In this document: in pieces, positions 1 through 8,983 of the stretch
Position numbering within the stretch: position 1 is the stretch's first letter
Layout of the letters: each line of letters starts with the position of its first letter
Sequence record: NC_023557.1
Length of the DNA: 64,000 nucleotides
Direction: 5' to 3' (one strand)
Made by a program: the position numbers and the translations under genes
The notes under the pieces: model-generated
Seen by the model: the letters and a program-made list of their open reading frames with translations, nothing else
Databases searched by the model: none
Told to the model about the DNA's origin: nothing

Positions 1-1
1 T

Positions 2-619
2 GGCGAGTATGATAAGTACATCGAAGCGATCGCCTTGATGTATGGACTGGTGAGTAATAAGAAGGTCAAGACCAAAGGCTTTGGCGGGACGTATAATCAC
101 GTCAAGTTTGAGCAGAGCATCATGAAAGACAAGCAGCTGTTGAAGACGTACCTTACGCTCATCAACAAGGTGTTCTCCTTCTTCTTTATTAAAGTGAAGG
201 AACCCGAACAACGCTGCCTCATTTATTGTGCCACGGTCGAGATGTGTTTGTACGTGACGGATTATCTGAGTAGTATTCATGATACCCTGATCGTGCGTAA
301 GTATACCCAGGAAGACCCGAAAGAATCGTTGTATGAATCTGACGTGAGTGTTTCGACACTGAAGTCAGCCGGTACCGGTGTGGATATCCCAGGACTCCGC
401 ACTTGCATCATGACGATCGCGATTGGGTCACGGCAAGCCAGTGATCAGGCATTGGGACGACTGCGGCGGTTGAAAGACTACCCGGACACCATCCCGACGT
501 TTGTTTACTTCGCCTGCACGGGTATCGAAGCACACATGAAATACCACAGCAAGAAACTCGAACTCTTCCCAGTGAAGACGTTGAGTCTGCGTGAGGTGAA
601 CAGCGGCTTCTCGTTATAA
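2..619 (+). CDS. SF2 (UvsW-like) helicase, C-terminal part; gene starts left of the window
   Basis: Frame is open to the window edge. Helicase-C motifs V and VI: STLKSAGTGVDIPGL and QALGRLRR. Confidence 0.8.
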   Translation, partial: GEYDKYIEAIALMYGLVSNKKVKTKGFGGTYNHVKFEQSIMKDKQLLKTYLTLINKVFSFFFIKVKEPEQRCLIYCATVEMCLYVTDYLSSIHDTLIVRKYTQEDPKESLYESDVSVSTLKSAGTGVDIPGLRTCIMTIAIGSRQASDQALGRLRRLKDYPDTIPTFVYFACTGIEAHMKYHSKKLELFPVKTLSLREVNSGFSL

Positions 620-630
620 ACTGACTGTGT

Positions 631-668
631 AAAAGACCAGGGGGCTTACTCCTTGGTCTTTTATGCTT
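631..668 (+). terminator. Hairpin followed by TTATGCT variant motif
   Basis: AAAAGACCA/TGGTCTTTT stem with inner G-U pairs, right after the helicase stop; pyrimidine tract follows. Confidence 0.7.
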
Positions 669-703
669 TCTTTCCTTTTCTTTTTGTTAAGGATACACAG
701 CTT

Positions 704-1030
704 ATGAATGGTAACCGGCCAGTAATGGTGATTGGCGGCATGGGGTTGAGTCCTGCATTGATTGAGCGCTTACGACAGTTAGACGACCTGGAGATCAAAT
801 TGGTGGCCGATGTGGCAATCAGCGATATCCTGGAGTTTGAACCGGGTTATGCTCGCGGCTTGGTTCAGGCGATTCAGCATCAGCAACAACGTGAGTGGAA
901 TCCCTTCCGGGAAAGCTACTGGGATAACTTCATTACCCTGCGTCGTAAAGAGGTCAATGGACATACCAGCATTCCGCCTAAGAAAGCCGCCTGCAGCTCC
1001 CGTCGTAAGGGACGGAGGTTCAAGGGATGA
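704..1030 (+). CDS. Hypothetical protein, basic C-tail
   Basis: AAGGA RBS before ATG 704; the listed TTG start at 653 lies inside the terminator. Confidence 0.7.
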   Translation: MNGNRPVMVIGGMGLSPALIERLRQLDDLEIKLVADVAISDILEFEPGYARGLVQAIQHQQQREWNPFRESYWDNFITLRRKEVNGHTSIPPKKAACSSRRKGRRFKG

Positions 1031-1350
1031 GCGAGATCGATTATCGTGCATTGAAGTATTGTGTCACCAAGGTTAGTCGACGTATCCGCGACGGGGATTC
1101 CCGTAACGCGTCACGTTGCCTCTTCCAGTATGTTGAGACGCACGCCGCATTACAAGACATGGCCGCCATTGATCGTCTTTTAGCACAGTGCCGAGAAAAT
1201 AAGGTACCCCTAAAAGAGATCAACAAAGTCTCGTTACTGCGTGCATGCTCATGTTTACGCCCCCACCTTACAGAGTATCAGTCGTGTATGGACCTGTGGC
1301 GCCAGGACATTAAAGCGGCGGGTATGGAAAACTTATTAATAGGATTGTGA
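1027..1350 (+). CDS. Hypothetical protein
   Basis: ATGA overlap with the upstream gene; 107 aa. Confidence 0.7.
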   Translation: MSEIDYRALKYCVTKVSRRIRDGDSRNASRCLFQYVETHAALQDMAAIDRLLAQCRENKVPLKEINKVSLLRACSCLRPHLTEYQSCMDLWRQDIKAAGMENLLIGL

Positions 1351-1351
1351 T

Positions 1352-1714
1352 ATGTCTGATTATTGTGCGGATATCTTTAAAGCGATCAGTTGCAAAACCC
1401 CCACCAAAGGCAGTGAACTCTACATCGATGATTTCGGTGATCTGTGGATGTTGATTCCCAAGCTTAACCGCTTCGGTGAACAGTCAGTGTTTCGTCAGTA
1501 TGCCGGTAACCTTGCGTTGATGGCTGACCGCGGGCAGATGTATCAGGGTCAGTTATATGTGTGTGAGTTGATCCCGGGATATCACTTGGTGTTAACCAAC
1601 CAAGCCGTGATGGTCAACCAATACAGCCTGGTGCAGTATGTGAAGACCCGTGCTGCGAAAGTGGAAGCGCGCTACCGTAAGAAACCCAAGCCGATGAGCC
1701 GAGCTTACGCGTAA
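1352..1714 (+). CDS. Hypothetical protein
   Basis: AGGA RBS, tight operon packing; 120 aa. Confidence 0.7.
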   Translation: MSDYCADIFKAISCKTPTKGSELYIDDFGDLWMLIPKLNRFGEQSVFRQYAGNLALMADRGQMYQGQLYVCELIPGYHLVLTNQAVMVNQYSLVQYVKTRAAKVEARYRKKPKPMSRAYA

Positions 1715-1744
1715 GCAACCTGACTGACAAGAAAGGATAGACCT

Positions 1745-2254
1745 ATGTTCGAATGGTTCTCTGTGTTATTGATGAAGTGGTTGACCCGAAAGGAAAAGAA
1801 ACACAACAGGACAGTGCGGGTAGAACCGGTGGTGTTTGAACCGCAACTCAAACCCACCCCACAACCACTGAGCAACGCGTTAAAAGAAGAAGCGCAGCAG
1901 ATTCGGGACACCCTGCTGTTTGAGTCGCCGTTGAATAAATCCCGACCGATCCCGACCAAACCCACCTTACGGGTAGTAAGACCCAGTACAAGCTCCTCAC
2001 GCCCACACGGTAAGGCGAACGATGACAGCATGCTAACACATGCCTTATTGATGCAGCAGGTGTTAGCAGACGATACAGCGGCGTCTGATCGTCATCATCG
2101 TACCCATGCCCCTCAGGATAACCACCGCCATGAAGACCGACCCTCGTACCATTCCACGCCCACTCATCATAGCAGCCCTGGTAGTAGTCGCGATGATGAT
2201 AACGGGAGTAATGATTACAGTAGCGGACCTAGTGACAGCGGTTCGTCTGATTAA
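1745..2254 (+). CDS. Hypothetical protein with His/Ser/Asp-rich low-complexity C-tail
   Basis: AAGGA RBS; ends ...SSGPSDSGSSD. Confidence 0.7.
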   Translation: MFEWFSVLLMKWLTRKEKKHNRTVRVEPVVFEPQLKPTPQPLSNALKEEAQQIRDTLLFESPLNKSRPIPTKPTLRVVRPSTSSSRPHGKANDDSMLTHALLMQQVLADDTAASDRHHRTHAPQDNHRHEDRPSYHSTPTHHSSPGSSRDDDNGSNDYSSGPSDSGSSD

Positions 2255-2293
2255 CACCCTCGATTAACCTTACGTAATAAGGAACGCCTCACC

Positions 2294-3202
2294 ATGACAG
2301 ATCCCCACCCCATTCTCGCCGCAGCCATCGGAGAGCCCCAGGATGACGATTGCTGGGATTTTCCGGGCGAGACTGTTGTTGGTCACGGTGACTTGATGTA
2401 CACCAACGTCCATAAGCCTCAGGCGTTATGGAACGGTGTTATCCGGTCACTGCGAAAACGTTTCCTTACTGAACCGCCAATTAACCAAAAGGATACTTGT
2501 ATGACCGAGCAATACAAGCCATTGCCTGACACCGGGTACCAAAGCCCTTTCTGTGAGCCCGATGTTCTCAACACAAACGACCGGATTTATCCCCGCAAGA
2601 GTCTGGTAGCCTTACTGGAGAAATTCCCCTCCGATAATTTTCGTGGAACACCCGCAGTTCGCTATCCTTTTATGCGCCGTCTGGCGGTGTTGTTTAAGAT
2701 AGCGTTCTTACAGACCAGCCTTGACCAGAAGGCTTTATCCTTGAATACACGCCAGACCGGTAAGCCACGGATCACGCATCATTCATTAACTGGTATCTGT
2801 AATTTAATGCACCAGCTGCATTATGAGCTCAGAGAGCTTCAGTATCAGAACCCCAATCCGATTGACCTGACCCGTTACCTGAAACTCTTAACCGGTAAGG
2901 ATGTCTGGGAGAAGCCGGGTGTGGGTGCCTGGGGTAGTGAATTTACCATGCTCTATTTTCATCGTCATCAGGCAGGTGTCGGTAAATCAATGTTCTACAA
3001 CATGCTACCAAAAATCAAACTGCACCTGGCGGGTATTCATGCGACGTTCGGTGGTCGGCCGTGGATCTATAAGAGTAATTGCAGGGGTCCTGCTGGCTTC
3101 TGGCCTGCCACGATTGAATACGGTATGGCGCATAATGGGCCGGCCATCACTGCTCAGTTAAATCGCGAGCGTCTGGTGAAACCTAAGAAAGGAAAAGCAT
3201 AA
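2294..3202 (+). CDS. Hypothetical protein with a possible second start at 2501
   Basis: RBS before both ATG 2294 and the in-frame ATG 2501. Confidence 0.7.
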   Translation: MTDPHPILAAAIGEPQDDDCWDFPGETVVGHGDLMYTNVHKPQALWNGVIRSLRKRFLTEPPINQKDTCMTEQYKPLPDTGYQSPFCEPDVLNTNDRIYPRKSLVALLEKFPSDNFRGTPAVRYPFMRRLAVLFKIAFLQTSLDQKALSLNTRQTGKPRITHHSLTGICNLMHQLHYELRELQYQNPNPIDLTRYLKLLTGKDVWEKPGVGAWGSEFTMLYFHRHQAGVGKSMFYNMLPKIKLHLAGIHATFGGRPWIYKSNCRGPAGFWPATIEYGMAHNGPAITAQLNRERLVKPKKGKA

Positions 3203-4341
3203 TGGCACTGGATCAAGAGTATTATGAAAAGGCATTGGGCATCCTACTGACCAAAGGTTTCTCTAACCAAGAAGCTGACCAGATCGCCACCACGCTTTCG
3301 GTATATCTCCCGATGCGTTTCATCAAAGCTGGTGTATGGGCACTCATGCCTTACGACCAGCATCCGGCTGACCCCCTGGCATTTAAACACATGCGGCTAC
3401 TCGACCGTATCCCTGAGTTAAAGAAACCAGTGATCCTTCAAATGCCGACTGACTTTACTTACACCACGTATGGTCAGGAGTATTGCCCTGGTGCTGACGC
3501 ACCGACATACACCACAGGACCCGATGGTTATACACATCATCCGGTTGGTTGGGAGAGTGGCATTACTGGCATGCCAGGCGCAATGGGTCCGGCTGGGGAT
3601 GACAATATTGAAGTCAGTGATTTGACCTGTGATCACCCCCAAGGCGATTTTAGACTATCGTTACCTGCCGAATCAATGGTTAGTCAGTTTACCGTCGTCA
3701 TGCGGGTTGGTGGTAAACCTATTAAAATGACGCTGGAAGAACTCATCCAGGAAATTGGAGGTTATGACAAACTTCCTGCTTCTGCACGTGCTGCGATTGA
3801 TCGTGTCATGGAAGAGCATCGCAATGCCCCTGTAACTACTGTATCTGTGCGCACACCCTTACCAGGCGGAGTATCTCAGGAGCAGGCTGACTATCTGAAA
3901 CTGGGCGACCTCAGCGACATCGAAGGGATCAAACGGGCTTACCCGCTCATCGACGAGAAAACAGCTGAACGGATGTCTAAGTTGCATTGTCAGCTTAATC
4001 AGCATATCGCGCGGGTTCATCGTGAGCCGAGAGACGTTGAGGTATTTGATCTGCTTGCGGGCGATCACTCTCAGCGGATGTTCCAATCTCGTCATGCTAA
4101 ACGTCAGTACCCAAACAGTTTGTTTGAGAAGTTCCTGCCGGATCAAGCAGACATCGATGAACCCGAGGGCATGACTGTTAAAATCAAAACCCACAGCGTA
4201 CGTCACTTCGGACACGGTCTTGAAATTAGCACGCCTTTGTTTGGCCAATCCCACAAAAACCCTACTGGACCACAAACCATGCCGGGGCTTGAGAAAGGCC
4301 GTGATGGTAAACGTAAACGTAATAAGAAGGGCAGACGATGA
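3202..4341 (+). CDS. Hypothetical protein, basic C-tail
   Basis: TAATG coupling; 379 aa; ends GKRKRNKKGRR. Confidence 0.75.
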   Translation: MALDQEYYEKALGILLTKGFSNQEADQIATTLSVYLPMRFIKAGVWALMPYDQHPADPLAFKHMRLLDRIPELKKPVILQMPTDFTYTTYGQEYCPGADAPTYTTGPDGYTHHPVGWESGITGMPGAMGPAGDDNIEVSDLTCDHPQGDFRLSLPAESMVSQFTVVMRVGGKPIKMTLEELIQEIGGYDKLPASARAAIDRVMEEHRNAPVTTVSVRTPLPGGVSQEQADYLKLGDLSDIEGIKRAYPLIDEKTAERMSKLHCQLNQHIARVHREPRDVEVFDLLAGDHSQRMFQSRHAKRQYPNSLFEKFLPDQADIDEPEGMTVKIKTHSVRHFGHGLEISTPLFGQSHKNPTGPQTMPGLEKGRDGKRKRNKKGRR

Positions 4342-5111
4342 TCGATCGCAGTTTTGAAGGTGGCTGGGAGTCTATACTGCAATGGCATGGGTTTGCTGAT
4401 CGTGCTAAACAGGGGCTGTCTGAGCACTTTGTTATCGTGGATTACGGAACCCAGGCAGAGGCCGCCGCTTTTGAGCAATTGACAGCGCTGGCGGAGAAAG
4501 TGAAGTATGTCTCAGTCGAGCGAGTTAAAGCCGTTGACTTTACCCCGACGCTTGTACGTACGCTACATGAACGTGAACATGGCTGGCATTACTGTCATGT
4601 CATGGGGCGATGTGGTTACGGCGGCCACGGGATAATGATCGGTGATAATGGCGGCTGGACAGGCGCGCACGGCGGTGCAGGTGATGCAGGTCAGCCCTCA
4701 ACACCTGATGATGGCTCGATACTATACCAGACAGATTACAGTAGTCTCGGTATCCAGGACCGAGGATTTACTACGCTGCAAGACATGATGGAAAATGCCA
4801 GCCCTTACGATTACCCTCGGGAGATTCGTATAGTAGGGGATCGGCATGACCCGGATGTCAAAGCGTTAACGCAGGCGGTGATAAAGCTTGTTGGGCGTCG
4901 AGCTATCAAAGTAGTTAGCATACCGCATGCCGACATGATGTATAGACCCGGCCCGCACCGAACGTATAACCTCGCGCCGGAGAAATACCGGGAGCGATTT
5001 GACATTGCTTATAAACAAGCATTAGAAAATGTCAACAAGGCGGCCATCCTACCGTATGCCCGTGGGCCATTGCAGTCTGTTCTGGCGACTCAACGCAAGA
5101 AACACTTTTAA
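4338..5111 (+). CDS. Hypothetical protein
   Basis: ATGA coupling; 257 aa; Gly-rich middle segment. Confidence 0.75.
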   Translation: MIDRSFEGGWESILQWHGFADRAKQGLSEHFVIVDYGTQAEAAAFEQLTALAEKVKYVSVERVKAVDFTPTLVRTLHEREHGWHYCHVMGRCGYGGHGIMIGDNGGWTGAHGGAGDAGQPSTPDDGSILYQTDYSSLGIQDRGFTTLQDMMENASPYDYPREIRIVGDRHDPDVKALTQAVIKLVGRRAIKVVSIPHADMMYRPGPHRTYNLAPEKYRERFDIAYKQALENVNKAAILPYARGPLQSVLATQRKKHF

Positions 5112-5138
5112 TCAGTTCCCCTCAACAGGAGAGTAACC

Positions 5139-5444
5139 ATGTGTAACATGCGATCGGATTGGTTTGTAGAAGACGAACCGTCCATGAAGGAAAGTGATCC
5201 GCATTTCGACAACAAAGCAATGGATGGCTTGATGGCAAAGATCCGTGACTTTGTTAAAGAGAGTGATGCGGCGACCTATGTCCCGCAAGCCCTGTTTGGC
5301 GAAGCCGGTAAAGTTAACCTGTCCAAAGTGGCAGCAGTAACCCGTCCGGTCGATCACCTCATTACCCTGAACCCAGTGGCCAATGACGGTGATGTGTACC
5401 TGGACTTCGCGCGAGGGAAGCGACGTGGATATAAACCCCACTGA
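5139..5444 (+). CDS. Hypothetical protein
   Basis: AGGAGAG RBS; 101 aa. Confidence 0.7.
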   Translation: MCNMRSDWFVEDEPSMKESDPHFDNKAMDGLMAKIRDFVKESDAATYVPQALFGEAGKVNLSKVAAVTRPVDHLITLNPVANDGDVYLDFARGKRRGYKPH

Positions 5445-5655
5445 AGTTAACATCGAGCAGGCCAATCGTTATGAGGGGTCTACCGATGATTTGGTCCAGC
5501 AAGCTAATGATCGTGGTTTTCTCCAGGGGATTCGTATCACTTCTGGCGAGGACATCGATCCAAGCATTTGGACGCCTGAGAAGATCGAAAAGTTGAAAGC
5601 TGCACTTCGACATATTCGTGACTCAGAACAACGCATCAAAGGTAGCCAGGGGTAA
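5425..5655 (+). CDS. Small hypothetical protein
   Basis: GAGG RBS before GTG 5425, in frame with the listed ORF 5383; ends at the terminator. Confidence 0.55.
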   Translation: MDINPTEVNIEQANRYEGSTDDLVQQANDRGFLQGIRITSGEDIDPSIWTPEKIEKLKAALRHIRDSEQRIKGSQG

Positions 5656-5673
5656 CACCCTGGCTTTATGCCG
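5644..5673 (+). terminator. Hairpin plus TTATGCCG
   Basis: AGCCAGGG/CCCTGGCT stem followed directly by TTATGCCG. Confidence 0.7.
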
Positions 5674-5693
5674 GTTTAACGAGGACGTGTAAC

Positions 5694-6149
5694 ATGGAAT
5701 CGAGCGGTTTGATTACGCTGGCAATGCTCTTTTTAACCTTCGTCATCGGGTTGTGTTGTTGGCTGACGCGTTTCATACGCTATCACACCAACCGCTACAC
5801 CGTTGACACCAAGAAGGCATTAAAGCAATTTGCCTGTAAGCTTGAAAGAGTACTGGATGTCCCGCAGCCGTATTCGCTGGCACAAAGCGAAATGACAAGG
5901 CTGGATAATGAACTGAACGCTTCTCTCTTCCTCTTTGAAGAGATCACAGGGAAGATCCACGATGAAACCAGTCGACTGTACCTGGAGTCAAGTTTCATGG
6001 TGGTGCGCGGCACTCAACACGATACCCCGATTCGTATCTGTGTGGCGAACACAATCTTCAGCCTGTCAACGACTAACCACAATCACCACAGCGTCATGAA
6101 GGTCATCAACGACTTTAATAACCGCTTGGCTAAAATTGTAGAAAGTTAA
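5694..6149 (+). CDS. Membrane-anchored hypothetical protein
   Basis: GAGGA RBS; N-terminal hydrophobic helix LITLAMLFLTFVIGLCCWL. Confidence 0.7.
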   Translation: MESSGLITLAMLFLTFVIGLCCWLTRFIRYHTNRYTVDTKKALKQFACKLERVLDVPQPYSLAQSEMTRLDNELNASLFLFEEITGKIHDETSRLYLESSFMVVRGTQHDTPIRICVANTIFSLSTTNHNHHSVMKVINDFNNRLAKIVES

Positions 6150-6163
6150 GCACAGAAAAACTC

Positions 6164-6176
6164 AGACCTATATCAC
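6164..6176 (+). promoter_or_regulatory. Candidate phage promoter motif, variant AGACCTATATCAC
   Basis: Resembles intergenic copies at 13822, 54081 and 63962. Confidence 0.35.
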
Positions 6177-6224
6177 GCCCGTGATAGACCCCTCAACCCC
6201 CATTAATCTTAAGTGAGTTCAATC

Positions 6225-6665
6225 ATGAAATACGTTTACGCTATTATCGCTGTTCTTGGTTTCTCTTTTGTGTCTGTTGCATTTGCTGCAGATCAAACCA
6301 AAGTGGTGAAAGGCTGGTACGCCGAATACAACACGGCTTCGGTCCTGTATTCTGCTGGGCCAAAGAAAGGACAAGAATTGACCATGGAATGTGTATTAGG
6401 TGGTTGGACGTTTGCGTATGCAGACAAGATGGGCGAGGAGATAAACTCGGTCGATGATGACATGACAATCCTGGTCGACGGTGCAGCCTTTGCTGTGCCG
6501 AAGACGCAGGGTCAACGTGAGAAGTTATACGCCGCCATTCAGCACGCTAAGAGTGGTATTCAATACAAGACCCACGCCTATGGTGCGTCGGTAGTATTCC
6601 CAGTGGATGGCTTGGCCGAGATGTTTCGTGACCTGCCGTTTGAAGTCAGCCCGTGCATGAGCTAA
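6225..6665 (+). CDS. Secreted/periplasmic protein with Sec signal peptide
   Basis: MKYVYAIIAVLGFSFVSVAFA-A: basic-hydrophobic-AxA signal pattern. Confidence 0.7.
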   Translation: MKYVYAIIAVLGFSFVSVAFAADQTKVVKGWYAEYNTASVLYSAGPKKGQELTMECVLGGWTFAYADKMGEEINSVDDDMTILVDGAAFAVPKTQGQREKLYAAIQHAKSGIQYKTHAYGASVVFPVDGLAEMFRDLPFEVSPCMS

Positions 6666-6678
6666 AAGGAAAACAATT

Positions 6679-7380
6679 GTGATGATCCCTACCAAACAAA
6701 TTAAACGTAGCTACCGTCTGATCAAAGTGACTGCCGATGTAACACGGGATAACTGGATCGGGAAAGACATCGATTTCATTGTTCAGCCCAATAAAGACAT
6801 GATCGACGACACCACACGTGGTGGACCTAATCGCCTGCTCGCGACATACATCGTGCTGGGTAACCGTATTCCTGTAACCGTTAACAGCCATGCGACCATT
6901 ACCCGGGAAGAAGGCTTGCAGGATCTGCAGGTCAGTATTGTCGATGGTCAGTCAAAATACATTGACATCAGTAATGTGCGTTACGTTGTGTCGTGTGAGT
7001 TAGAAGAGCACTTCACCTACACTCCACCAAAAGAACCTTCGCTACTTGATCAGCTGGTTGGCGGACCAATGGGTGACCCAGCCCATATGTTCATTATCGA
7101 TGAAAACTATAACGTCTTTGTCGGCACAGCGAACGATTCACAAGAAGATTATACCTTGGCTGGTCGTCTGATCAGTAACCTCGGTTCTCATGATGCTGAA
7201 GCTAATGATTTGGAGATTATCGGCAGTTATCCTGATGACCAAGGTGACCACTACTACGTCTCCATTGACTGGAACAAGTCATTCATTTCCGGGATTTCCA
7301 ACAACGAGAAATGCGCATGGTTTAACCAACTCGATGCACTGGTAGCAATGTTACTGGAAAAGATTAAAGTTACAGTGTAA
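6679..7380 (+). CDS. Hypothetical protein
   Basis: AAGGA RBS; 233 aa. Confidence 0.75.
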   Translation: MMIPTKQIKRSYRLIKVTADVTRDNWIGKDIDFIVQPNKDMIDDTTRGGPNRLLATYIVLGNRIPVTVNSHATITREEGLQDLQVSIVDGQSKYIDISNVRYVVSCELEEHFTYTPPKEPSLLDQLVGGPMGDPAHMFIIDENYNVFVGTANDSQEDYTLAGRLISNLGSHDAEANDLEIIGSYPDDQGDHYYVSIDWNKSFISGISNNEKCAWFNQLDALVAMLLEKIKVTV

Positions 7381-7388
7381 GTAATATC

Positions 7389-7421
7389 AGGCAGGGGGAC
7401 TACTCTCTGCCTTTATTTTTT
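7389..7421 (+). terminator. Canonical intrinsic terminator
   Basis: AGGCAG/CTGCCT stem followed by TTATTTTTT. Confidence 0.75.
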
Positions 7422-7492
7422 GTGGTATTCTGCCACAGAAAACTACTGGCCATACTGCCAGTGGTATTCACTCAATAGACTGCGAGGAATAA

Positions 7493-8053
7493 ATGATGTT
7501 TGATAAAATTGAAGGATTGGCTGATGTGATTGAGCTGAAGTACGGCTTGCTTGATATCACCTATCACCGTGGTAACGACAAAGACCTCTATGTCGATGTC
7601 TTTTATAAAGACACGCGCTTGTCAAGCCGGCGTGATCTAACCGATGCCCTGGACTACGCTTATATCGGTGTGCGGTTGTGTAACCCTCAGTTCGGTGCCT
7701 GGTGTTACGGTGCTGAGCGTGAGTTGGTCATGTCGCATTTAATGGACGCATTGAGAATGGTGGGTAAGCCTGCACCCAGGGCGGTTGAAGACTCCCGGTT
7801 AAAGACAGGGATTCATCGTACCATTCAGCTGCTTGCCGAGAACGGTAACCTGCATCCGAAAGAGGATGATATCCGGATCACTATCCATCGTGCAGCACGA
7901 GTGGACTACGGTTCAACAGATACCATCGAAACAACCATTAGCATGACCAACCATGATATTACTATTAGTAAGCGACGGATTGAGTGTGTTAGTGGTGAGA
8001 TGCGGGATTTGCAAGCATGGGCGCGTAAGTTATATGCGAGACACTTTGAATAA
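7493..8053 (+). CDS. Hypothetical protein
   Basis: GAGGA RBS; 186 aa. Confidence 0.75.
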   Translation: MMFDKIEGLADVIELKYGLLDITYHRGNDKDLYVDVFYKDTRLSSRRDLTDALDYAYIGVRLCNPQFGAWCYGAERELVMSHLMDALRMVGKPAPRAVEDSRLKTGIHRTIQLLAENGNLHPKEDDIRITIHRAARVDYGSTDTIETTISMTNHDITISKRRIECVSGEMRDLQAWARKLYARHFE

Positions 8054-8063
8054 CGAGGTAGCT

Positions 8064-8465
8064 ATGGGTAGTGCGTACTGTAAGGTTGTGGCAATCCACA
8101 GCATCTATGTGCACAGTGCAGCGATGGAAGCGGTATCCGCTAAATACAGGAGCTGTTTTCGTTTGGCGTATAACTTCGTGAATGCTACGCAGTTAGCCCA
8201 ACAGCTACGGCTTGCCGTGAAGAACAGCGAAATCCTGATTGTTGATACCAGCGACTTTACTCGCCGGGCACTTAACAATCTTAATGAGCAGTTCTACTGC
8301 ATCTATCCAGGTGAGGAACAACATTCCGATATGTCAATCAAGCATCAGCGTAACTGTCGCATGACGCCTGACTGTATTCATATCGAAATTCAAAACCTCA
8401 GCGACTTTGAGCGCTTAAACTGGGAAATTCGACCCGATGCAGGGTTAAGGATATCACGCCGTTAG
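8064..8465 (+). CDS. Hypothetical protein
   Basis: GAGG RBS before ATG 8064; the listed start 7953 overlaps the previous gene. Confidence 0.6.
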   Translation: MGSAYCKVVAIHSIYVHSAAMEAVSAKYRSCFRLAYNFVNATQLAQQLRLAVKNSEILIVDTSDFTRRALNNLNEQFYCIYPGEEQHSDMSIKHQRNCRMTPDCIHIEIQNLSDFERLNWEIRPDAGLRISRR

Positions 8466-8467
8466 AA

Positions 8468-8519
8468 CGGCATATAGGCCCTCCGTTACGGAGGGCCTTT
8501 TATGACATCTTTTTTTTTT
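8468..8519. terminator. Bidirectional terminator at a convergent junction
   Basis: CGGCATAT, 10-bp perfect stem, TTTATGAC, then T10. Confidence 0.8.
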
Positions 8520-8530
8520 GGTTTACAGCG

Positions 8531-8908
8531 TTATACCAGGCGCTGAGTTAACTGCGAACTATATTGAATAGCGTGATAGGTCGCAGGTTTCTCAAGCTGC
8601 TCGGTGCAGCGGTAGACCGGGGTCTTCATAAAAGGACAACCGGCATTCATTAATGCCTCACGGTTGCTGGGCGACTCATCAACGCGAATCACCACATCCG
8701 TGGACTGGAAGCCAAAGACTTCCCGCTTCGTTGCAGTATATTCTGCATCCAGCACCACGATCTTACGGTTGATCACCAGCTTCACGGCCACCGGGTATTT
8801 GATTACCAGGTCTGACCCTAAGCCCGCCAAGACAAACTTAATGACAAACTTCTTAAGTCCATTTAGCAACTGACTCTCACTGGCCCAACTTTTAACAATC
8901 TGCAGCAT
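8531..8908 (-). CDS. Hypothetical protein, about 125 aa
   Basis: Fills the gap before the convergent terminator; purine-rich RBS-like sequence before ATG 8908. Confidence 0.6.
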   Translation of the reverse strand: MLQIVKSWASESQLLNGLKKFVIKFVLAGLGSDLVIKYPVAVKLVINRKIVVLDAEYTATKREVFGFQSTDVVIRVDESPSNREALMNAGCPFMKTPVYRCTEQLEKPATYHAIQYSSQLTQRLV

Positions 8909-8983
8909 GTGTGTATTTCCACTCATATAAGGGGAAGTTAAGAAAAGCAACCTGAGGGTCCGTCCGTGATCCCTCATAATGTA

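Noticed and set aside
3558-3599. Short G-X-Y run (GITGMPGAMGPAG) in the 3202 gene
   Set aside because: Only 4-5 triplets, too short for a collagen helix; may be chance.
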